In this document: piece after piece, positions 31,179-40,322 of the stretch
How the letters are laid out: every line of letters starts with the position of its first letter
How positions within the stretch are numbered: the stretch's first letter is position 1
DNA from: an uncultured Chloroflexia bacterium
GTDB lineage: Bacteria > Chloroflexota > Anaerolineae > CG2-30-64-16
Direction: 5' to 3'
DNA length: 64,000 nucleotides
NCBI GenBank assembly: GCA_963800615.1
Contig: CAWDBO010000021.1
Span: 214,423-278,422 of the forward strand
Position numbers and translations under genes: made by a program
The notes under the pieces: generated by a model
What the model was told of the DNA's origin: nothing
Databases searched by the model: none
What the model saw: the letters and a program-made list of their open reading frames with translations, nothing else

Positions 31179-32103
31179 GGGACGCGCTCTGGACTGCCCC
31201 CGCCCGCTCCCACGCGCGGATCAGCGCATCGTGCGCCATCACCCGGACGATTTCGCGCCGGTACCACGCCTGTGGACCGCACGTCGTCGATCGGGCTGAT
31301 CTCCTGCGCGGCAAGCTCGGCCGCCTGCGCTGCAAGCTCCGGTGCGAACCGGCTTGCCCGCCAGCAGCGCCTCCGCCTGGACGGCTCGGACCGGGGTGGG
31401 TGCGACCGAACCGAAGGCGAGCCGGGCGCTCACGATCCGTCCGCCTTCGCGCTCGATGCACACGGCTGCGCTCGCCTTGGCAATGTCCGCCGCCACCCGG
31501 CCCATCTTCAGGAACGCGCCGCCGGTGCTCGGTCGCAGCAGGCCGCGCAGTTCTTGCTCATTGCCGGGCAGAAGGATCGCCGTGATGATCTCGCCGGGCT
31601 GAAGTGCGCTGCGGCCGGGACCCACGAAGAACGCGTCGATCGGGATGCGGCGCTCGCCCTGCGGCCCGAACACCCGCACCTCCGCCCCGTAGACGAGCAG
31701 CGCGGGCGCGGTGTCCGCCGCGGGCGAGGCGTTGCCGATATTCCCGCCCAGCGTCCCCATGCTCTCGACCTGCCGCGTGCTAAACGCGTCGCACGCTTCG
31801 GCAAGCGCCGGGAAATGCCGGCGCACGAGTGGATCGGATGCGATCTCCCCGATCGTCGTCATCGCGCCGATCACGAGTCCTTCGGACGTTCCCTCGATGC
31901 CGCTACAGCGAGGGGATGCCCCGCAGGCTCACCACGTGACCCGGCGCGCTCCGCTCCATCTTCATGTGTACGAGCACGTCCGTCCCGCCCGCCATGAGCC
32001 GCGCGTCGTGCTTCAGCAGCAGCTCCGACGCCTCGGCCAGCGTCGCCGGCTCGTGATACGTGAACTCATTGACGAGGATGTGTGTGTTGGTTGCCTGGCT
32101 CAT
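31171..32103 (-). CDS. Molybdenum hydroxylase set C, FAD-binding medium subunit; about 2 frame breaks
   Basis: MSQATNTHILVNEFTYHEPATLAEASELLLKHDARLMAGGTDVLVHMK, STRQVESMGTLGGNIGNASPAADTAPALLVYGA and IDDVRSTAWYRREIVRVMAHDAL. The ATG overlaps the upstream stop (ATGA 32100-32103). Confidence 0.8.
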
Positions 32104-34506
32104 GAGCGCACCTCCTCGTCGGCCGAGAAACCAGGTTTCTTCGAGAAACCTGGTCTTCTTGAGCGCCGCAAGGATTTTCTCCGGCGTGATCGGCAGCTCG
32201 TAGAACCGGACGCCGATCGCGTTGCAGATCGCGTTTGCATACGCAGCCGCCACCGGATTGGTCGCGGCCTCGCCGATGCCCTTCGCGCCGAACGGCCCGG
32301 TCGGCTCGTAGGTGTGCGCGAAGTAGGTCGTGATGCGCGTCGATGCAGGGCGTTTCCTCGAACCCCGGGATCTTCGCATCCACCATCAAGCCCTTCGAGA
32401 GCAGCTGCCCCTGCTCGTCCCAGCCGTTGTCCTCCAGCAGCGCGTACCCTGCGCCCTTGGAGAGCCCGCCTTCCAGCTGCCCCGCGGCCATGTCGGGGTT
32501 GATCACCGTGCCGCAGTCGCTCCCCATCGCCGCCTTGCACCGTCCGCACCTGGCCCGTCCAGGTGTCGACCTCGACGTCGAGGAAGACGGACACGTAGGC
32601 GGGCGGGCACGACGTGGGCCGGTAGCTCACCACGCTCGCGATCGTCTTCCAGCTTTCGGTCCAGCAGCGGGTGGCGACCTCGCCGATCGTCATGTGCTTG
32701 TCGGGGATCGAGGGCACGTAGAGCACGCCCTGCCCCAGCTTCTCGTCCATCTTCAGGCTCAGCGCCTCGGGCTGCACGTTCAGGAACCGCGCCGCGGTCG
32801 CGAACAGGTCGGCCTTGGCCTCCTGCACCGCCTTGACCGCCGCGCCGCCGCCCGCGTACACGCCGCGGGTCGCGTGCGTCACCACGTCGTACACGGTGGT
32901 CCGCGTGCCGGCCGGCGACAGGTTCACCTTGTCCAGCGGCACGCAAAGCCCCTCGGACACCAGCTTGGCGATCGCCTCCAGCGTGCCGCCGCCATGGTCC
33001 ATGAGTGCGGTGATCACGTCGATCGAGCCGTCCTGGTTGATCTTCACCATCGCGCCCGAGTAATCGATCACATCGCCCGGCTGCGGCGCGCCCGCGCTCG
33101 GACGTATGGAACCCGCGCGCCATCCCCACGCCCCGCCGGTACCGCCCTTCTCCCGCAGAAACCAGGTTTCTGCCAGAAACCTGGTTTCTTTCGGCGTCCA
33201 TCCCCATGATCTCCGCGCCCGTGTGCAGCAGCTCGGGCACGCCGTCCGACCGCACGATCGACTTCACCAGCGGACCCTGGCCCCAGAAGGTCTCGCCTTC
33301 GCCGATGTAGTTCTTCAGCCGGAGGTCGATCGGGTCCAGCCCCAGCTTCTCCGCCAGCTCGTCCATCAGCGACTCGACCGCAAAGGTCACCTGGGGGTTG
33401 CCGAAGCCCTGCATGGCGCACGACGGGACCTTGTTGGTGTAGACCGCGACGCCGTGATACTTGATGTTCGGCAGCCGGTAGAGCGAGACCAGCCACCCGA
33501 TGCACACGCCGAGGTAGGAGTACGCCTGCACGATGTGCGCGCCGATGTCCGCGAGGAGTTCCATCTCCGCGCCGAGCAGCGTTCCGTCCTTCTTCGCCGC
33601 CAGCTTGAGGCTGATCTGCGCCGGGTACTTGGTGTGCTCGTTCATGTCCTCTTCGCGCGTCAGCGAGAGGCGAACCGGCCGCCGGGCCTTCAGCGCCAGC
33701 GCCGCGCAGATCGGGAGGTTGGAGTTCATCTGGATGCTCGAGCCGAACGTGCCGCCGACCGGGATGCGCCGGACGTCGATCTTGCTCAGCGGGATATTGA
33801 AGATCTGGCCCAGGAGGATGCGGACGTTGTGGATCGATTGGGTGGTGGCCCAGAGGGTGAGGCCGCCGTCAGGCTCGGGCTGGCACACCGCGGTCTTCGG
33901 CTCGAGCTGCGCGTGGTAGATCTTGGGCGTCTTGAACGTCCCCTCCGACGACGATGTCGGCCTCGGCGAACGCCGTTCGCAGCGTCGCCCTCGGCGATCG
34001 TGCGCTCGCACGCGACGTTGTTCACCACCGGGATTTCGCCGGTCGCCGTGCCAGATGGTGTCGTAGATCGCCGCCGCGCCCGGCTGCATCGCCTCGACCG
34101 GGTCGGTCAGGACGGGCAGCACCTCGTACTCCACCTTGACCGCCCGGGCGGCCTGCTCGGCCAGCTCCTCGGTTTCGGCAGCTACCGCCGCCACCGCCTC
34201 GCCCATCCGCCGCACCTTGTCTGCCAGCACGTAGTGGTCGCGGTGGAGCGCCGAGGGGATGGTGACGATGCGCTCGTTGTAGCAGGTGTGCGGGACGTCG
34301 TCCCAGGTGATGACGACCGCGCCCATCGCCTCGGCCGCGCTCGCGTCGACGCTGACGATGCGGGCGTGGGCATAGGGGCTGGCGACGATGCGGCCGTGCA
34401 GCATCCGGGGCAGGTAGATATCGGAGGAGAACTGCTCCTGCCCCGTGACGCGCGCGATCCCGTCCTTGCGCTTCGTCACCTTCCCCAATACGTTATACTC
34501 TTGCAT
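32100..34506 (-). CDS. Molybdenum hydroxylase set C, molybdopterin-binding large subunit; about 5 frame breaks and palindromic insertions
   Basis: MQEYNVLGKVTKRKDGIARVTGQEQFSSD, IPVGGTFGSSIQ, AMQGFGNPQVTFAVE, ALMDHGGGTLEAIAKL, VEVDTWTGQV and TGPFGAKGIGEAATNPVAAAYANAI come from ORFs 32503.., 32100.., 32066.. and 31903... The position of the real stop relative to the element at 32125-32158 is uncertain. Confidence 0.8.
32125..32158. repeat. Palindrome pair GAGAAACCAGGTTTCT / GAGAAACCTGGT-CTTC
   Basis: Read directly. It sits at the junction between the large and FAD subunit genes of set C. Confidence 0.9.
33157..33189. repeat. Palindrome pair AGAAACCAGGTTTCT-GCC-AGAAACCTGGTTTCT inside the set C large-subunit coding region (33 nt)
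   Basis: Read directly. It translates in frame as RNQVSGRNLVS between ...MGMDAE and AGEGRYRRGVGMA. Confidence 0.9.
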
Positions 34507-34610
34507 CCTTGCCTCCGTTGGCAGGGGTCAATAACCACCAGGAACCCAAGAACCGAAGTCACACAAAGCTTCGTGAGCCTTTTCGCCTTTGGTTCTTTGT
34601 GGTGACCGGG

Positions 34611-35543
<933 letters not shown>

Positions 35544-35553
35544 CTATTCCTCC

Positions 35554-36427
35554 TTAGTTGTGTCCTGGTGATTGTCTTCGCAGATGGGATCGGGTTGGGG
35601 CGTCGCTGCCAAGCAGCGCGGAGATGCGCCCTGCGGCCTCGCAGCAGAGGGCGACGTAGCGCTGAGCCTGCTCGGTGGTGTAGCGCACCGTCGGGCCGGC
35701 CACGCCCAGGGCCGCTACCACTGCGCCTTCCCAGTTCCGCACCGGGGTGGCAATGCCCCACGCGCCGCAGTCGGTCTCTTCGTAGCTCAACGCATAGCCG
35801 CACGCCGAATCCGCGCCAGTTCTGCCCGCAGTTCTGCCGCCATCTGTGATCGTGCGCTGGCAGTAGCGCGGCAGGCCGTTCTCGTGTATGATGGCGGCGA
35901 TCTCCGGCTCGGGCAGGTAAGCCATGAGGACCTTCGACGAGGCGCCGGCATGGGGCGCGCGGCGTTCGCCAACTTCAAGCGCGATCCGAACCGACTGGCT
36001 CGTCTCGACCTTGTCGATGCAGATCACCTCGCCGTCGTGGTACTCGGTCAGCAGCACCGTCTCGCCCGTGGTCTCGGCCAGGGCGCGCAGCACCGGCATG
36101 CGCCACATGCCGGATGCCACTGATCTCGATCGCGAGGCTGCCCCAGATAAAGAGCCGGTGGCCGAGACGCCACTTGCCGTCCTCGTGTCCGCGACGGAGC
36201 AGGCCGTGGCGTTCGAGCCCGACAAGGAACCGGTGCAGGGTGCTCTTGGGCAGGTCGAGGCGTGCGCTGAGCTCGGACAGCGACCAGGTAGGCCGGTCCC
36301 GTGAGAAGCAATCGAGGACTTGGACCATCCTGTCGATGGTCCTGACGGAGGAGCGATCGTCCAAGCTGGCACCACAGGGGCTGTTCGAAATAGTGGAATG
36401 GCGTTCGATCTGATGATATCGTAGCAC
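35554..36427 (-). CDS. IclR family transcriptional regulator; about 3 frame breaks
   Basis: HTH part SVRTIDRMVQVLDCFSRDRPTWSLSELSARLDLPKSTLHRFLVGLERHGLL. Effector domain LAETTGETVLLTEY, GERRAPHAGASSKVLMAYL and AELRAELARIRRAGYALSYEE. GTG start at 36427. Confidence 0.8.
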
Positions 36428-36470
36428 TTTGTGATCGGGGTGTCAATATCCTTTTTTCTGGGAGAGTCGT
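36428..36470. promoter_or_regulatory. 43-nt divergent intergenic region between the IclR regulator and MttB paralog 4
   Basis: Back-to-back starts at 36427 (minus) and 36471 (plus). GGGAGAG lies before ATG 36471. No operator palindrome was recognised. Confidence 0.3.
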
Positions 36471-37897
36471 ATGCGTGAGTCCCGGCGCGCTCGTCCCCGG
36501 CTGTCGGTCCTCTCAGCAGAGGACATCGAGCTGGTTCACGCCGCATCCTTGAGGATTCTGGCCGAGGTCGGCGTTCGGGTCGACTCGGCGTCGGCCCGGC
36601 GGGTGCTGGCCGCGGCCGGGCGCTGCCTTCGATGGCGACGCCCGGTGCCTCATCCCCGCCGAGGTGGTGGAGATGGCCCTCGCCGCCGCCCCTGGGAGCT
36701 TCCCGGTCTACGATCGCACGGCACGGCTGCCTTCACATGCGGCAGCGGGCCCCGCGCTTCGGCATTGGCGTCACGAATCTATACTATGAGGAGCCGGCGA
36801 CCGGCGAGATCAGGCCGTTCGGCCGCACGGACCTGGCGGCGAGCGTCCGGCTGGGCCATTCACTCGCGCGCAGTATGAGGTCATCTCGACGGTCGGCGTG
36901 CTGCAGGATGTGCCGGTCGAGCGGGCGGACCTCGTCGCCACGCTCGAGACGGCCGCGAACACAACCAAGCCGCTGGTGCTGCTCGTCTCGGACCCCGCCC
37001 AATTCACGCCGTGCCTGGACTTGCTGGAGACGTTAGCCGGCCGCCTGGCCGACCGGCCGTTCGTCTTGCCCTACGTGAACCCCATCACGCCGCTCGTGCT
37101 CAATGCTGAGACGACGGACGCCATGACCGCCGCGATCGAGCGCGGGCTGCCCGTGATCTTCTCGAACTACGGCATGGCCGGGGCGTCCACGCCCATCCTT
37201 CCGCTGCGGGCGCTCGCCCTGCTCACCGCCGAGCTGCTGGCCGGGCTCGTGTTCAGCCAGGCCGTGCGTCTCGGGGCCCCCATCGTTCTGGGCAGCCTTC
37301 CTGCGTATTTCGACATGCGGACCATGGTCGACTTCTACGATCCCCGCTCGATGCTCGTCAACCTGGCCTGCGCCGAAATGATGGCGCACTACGGCATCCC
37401 CCACGTGGGGACGTCAGGCTCGGGGAACGGGTGGGGGCCCGACGTGATCGCGGCGGGCATGACGTGGTTCAATCACCTGGTTTCGGTTGTGGGTCAGGCG
37501 GGTCTCGTTCCGTTCGTGGGCGGCAACTTCGGCTCGAAGGTATTTTCGCCGGCGTCCGTAGTCCTCGAGCGCGGACGTCATCGAGCAGGTCCGCACGTTC
37601 GCGGGGGGCTTCGACCTGGACGAGGATGACGGGCTGCTGGACGAGGTGGCGGAAGCCGGGCCGGGCGGCAGTTTCCTCGCAAGCCCGGACACGCTGCGCC
37701 ATCTGCGCACCGGGTATCACGCCGGCCGCATCTTCCCGCACTACAGTCTCGAGAAGTGGCAGGAGCTGGGCCGGCCGAGCGCCGAGGCCCGGCTGCGGGC
37801 GGCAACGGTGGAGCTGATGCGGTCAGCCGCCGGCCCGAACGACCGGCAGGAGTTGCTCGGACGGGGAGAGGCCTTCATCCGCTCGATCGGGAGGTGA
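36471..37897 (+). CDS. MttB-superfamily protein, paralog 4; about 5 frame breaks
   Basis: LSAEDIELVHAASLRILAEVGVRV, TNLYYEEPATGEIRPF, NTTKPLVLLV, MAGASTPILPLRALALLTAELLAG, YFDMRTMVDFYDPRS and PGGSFLASPDTLRHLRTGYH come from ORFs 36471.., 36632.., 36898.. and 37646... Confidence 0.8.
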
Positions 37898-37898
37898 C

Positions 37899-38717
37899 TC
37901 AGTCCTTCTTGGGCGTGTAGTACCGCCGGAGCCACAAGCCCAGTCCATCCAACCCCGGGAACAGCACGCGTTCCGTGATGTTCCCCTGGTCGAGCTTGTC
38001 GCGCACTTCCCACTTCAGTTCGGCCGGGATCACGATACGCCGGGTTAGCCCGGGCCGCTCGGCCAGCCACTCGTCCAGCCGGGCGATCGGGCTTGACATA
38101 AGCGTAAAAAGTGCGAACTGGTTGATGATGCGCTCGTCGAGTGACGGCGGCTCGAGGAACAAGGGGAACGGCTTTTCCGCCAGGCGGTCGAGGTCAGGCA
38201 GGCTGCTCGCGCCGCGGCCCAGCAGCTCGGTCGTGAACACGTCCGCGCCTTCCTGCCGCAGCAGGTCCTGCAGGACCTCGGGCAGGTGCTTTTTCAGCTG
38301 CCGGTAATTGACGCACCACACGATGCCGTCGATGTCGAACTGCTGCGGGTTATCCGTGGCGAAATGCAGCGCGACGAACGGTGAATAGGTCCAGTCGAGC
38401 ATGCGGGTCGGCATGCCGTGATGCGCCGCGACCGCCAGCCAGTTCCAGATGGAGTCGCCGGGGACGGCGGATCGGGGCGCGTACTTGCGGAACGCCCGGA
38501 GCAAAGGAGCCTCGACCTTCTGGTACGCGCCTTCGAGCCGCATCAGTGTGGTGATCAGGGGTTCCGCGGCATCGGGCATGCCCCGGAATGCGAACTCCGA
38601 GCGGAAGCGTCCCAGCGCTTCGTGCCAGGACCCGGTATACAGCGCCTCTTGCAGCTCGTTCCACGAATTCACCCGCACCTTTTCCAACGGCGGCTCCTTT
38701 CGCTTGCACCGATACAA
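37899..38717 (-). CDS. FRG-domain protein, intact
   Basis: FAFRGMPD; AAHHGMPTRMLDWTYSPFVALHFA; ERIINQFALFT. The layout is that of the FRG domain family. The ORF has 272 uninterrupted codons. Confidence 0.75.
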   Translation of the reverse strand: MYRCKRKEPPLEKVRVNSWNELQEALYTGSWHEALGRFRSEFAFRGMPDAAEPLITTLMRLEGAYQKVEAPLLRAFRKYAPRSAVPGDSIWNWLAVAAHHGMPTRMLDWTYSPFVALHFATDNPQQFDIDGIVWCVNYRQLKKHLPEVLQDLLRQEGADVFTTELLGRGASSLPDLDRLAEKPFPLFLEPPSLDERIINQFALFTLMSSPIARLDEWLAERPGLTRRIVIPAELKWEVRDKLDQGNITERVLFPGLDGLGLWLRRYYTPKKD

Positions 38718-38846
38718 CGCCTTCCACCGCCTCCCCGGTTCCTCTCTTCGGCTGCACCCGCTTGGCAGTGCGGCATACTGAACAGTGATGTGTTTTCGTG
38801 AAGAATAATGCTATCACAGCGGGTTCTGTCTCGATGGGGAGGTCGC

Positions 38847-38975
38847 ATGCGTGGAAATGTGTATCCTTGGCTGCTCGTCGGGCTGACGCTTTTGTTCCTG
38901 GGGGCTGCCTTCGTGGCCGCGTTCTTCCTGCCGTTTTGGGACTACAGCACGACACACTCGGTGGTCTGTCAATAA
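38847..38975 (+). CDS. Candidate small membrane protein (42 aa)
   Basis: ATG 38847 is preceded by GGGGAGG. The product is MRGNVYPWLLVGLTLLFLGAAFVAAFFLPFWDYSTTHSVVCQ (one hydrophobic helix). TAA at 38973-38975 is followed directly by the hairpin at 38980-39024. It is too short to appear in the supplied ORF track. Confidence 0.3.
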   Translation: MRGNVYPWLLVGLTLLFLGAAFVAAFFLPFWDYSTTHSVVCQ

Positions 38976-38979
38976 GATC

Positions 38980-39024
38980 GGATGAGGGGATGAGGGATCG
39001 GTCACTCCCCATCCCCTCATCCCC
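38980..39024. repeat. GGGGATGA-type hairpin (GGATGAGGGGATGAGGGA / TCCCCATCCCCTCATCC)
   Basis: Read directly. It lies between convergent genes, so it is terminator-like. Confidence 0.85.
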
Positions 39025-39036
39025 GCCGCGCCGGCC

Positions 39037-40060
39037 CTACGCCTTTTGCCAGCCCATTTTGGTCAGCCGGTCGGCCTCGATCCGCAGGTACGCGACCGTG
39101 CCCTCGATACGCGCGACCTCGGTCAGGGGCACCAGCAGGTCCGCGCCCTTCGGCCGGTCCAGCACGAACACGTCCTCACGGACCTCCTGCACCCGGCCGA
39201 TGTCGGTGCCTTCGAACCCGACCACCTTCATCCCGTTACTCAGGCCCAGGTCGCGGGCTTCCTCGAGTGCCTCCTCCTGCACGGCTTCGACCTCTTCGAT
39301 AGCCTCGTTGATGGCCGCCCGGGTGTCCTTGTCGAGGTCGCTCGCAAAATCCTCCAGCCGGGTCGCCTCGCTCGCCGACGGCCCCGACAGCCGCTGCTTC
39401 GCCTCGTCGACCCCGTTCGTGCCCTGGCCCTTGATCTGCTGCACGATCTGGCCCGCCCGTTCGCCGGCCTGACCCCGCGATGGCACCCGCTTTGCCCGTC
39501 AGCCCCTGGGTGGCCTGCCCGACCCGGCTCGAGACGTCCTGCGTCGCGTCGCCGACACGGCCGGCCAGCGCCTGGGTCTTCTCGCCCACCCGCGAGCCGG
39601 CGGAGCGCAGCTTGTCTGCCGCCGCCTGCCGGTCCATCGTCCTGAACACCCAAACCGCGGCCAGCACGCCGGCCGCCACGCCCAGCACGAGCCCTTCGCG
39701 CGGGCCGAACCGGAAGTTCTTGGCCGCGCGTACGACTTCCCGGCGCGCCTGCTCGAACTTCTTCTCCAGGTCCTCCCCCAGCGCGTCTACGGCTGTCCCG
39801 ACTGACCCCGCCAGCGGCGCGGCCCGCTCTTCGACGCCTTTTGCCAGCGTCCCGACGGACGTTCCCACGGCCTCTGCAAGCGGGACTGCCCGCTCGCCGA
39901 CGCCCTTTGCCAGCGTGCTCGCCTTGATCTCGATGGTCTCGGCGAGCGGACTCGCGGTCGCCTCGATCGTCTTCGCCAGGGCTTCGGCTACCCCGCCGAG
40001 CGCCCCCACGAGTTCCCCGGCCTTCGCCCCATTCGTTTTCAGCAAAGTCTGTGCATTCAT
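39037..40060 (-). CDS. Repeat-rich membrane-anchored hypothetical protein with PRC-barrel/DUF2171-like C-terminus; one frame break ~39480
   Basis: Amphipathic repeats such as AEALAKTIEATASPLAETIEIKASTLAKGVGERAVPLAEAVGTSVGTLAKGV; one hydrophobic helix GLVLGVAAGVLAAVWVF; a second repeat block GSRVGEKTQALAGRVGDATQDVSSRVGQATQGLTGKAG; and a C-terminus MKVVGFEGTDIGRVQEVREDVFVLDRP. Confidence 0.45.
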
Positions 40061-40322
40061 CGGCTACTCTCCTCAATCTCGGTCGTTACCAGTACGTCCC
40101 TCCATCATAATCCCGCAAACGATACTTGCGGTAGTGAGGGTTCCACTCATGTTGCGCTGCGTCATGTCGCTGGCGCGTCTCTGTCAAGTAAATTTCAGGC
40201 TCCGGCGGTGCGCGCGTGGTACACTGAGGCGGTCTGATCGGCAACCCGGCGTGGTTGTCAATCGTATTAAGAGCATCTCCTGCGACAGACACCACAGGAA
40301 AGACTCACTCAAGGAGCTCGAT

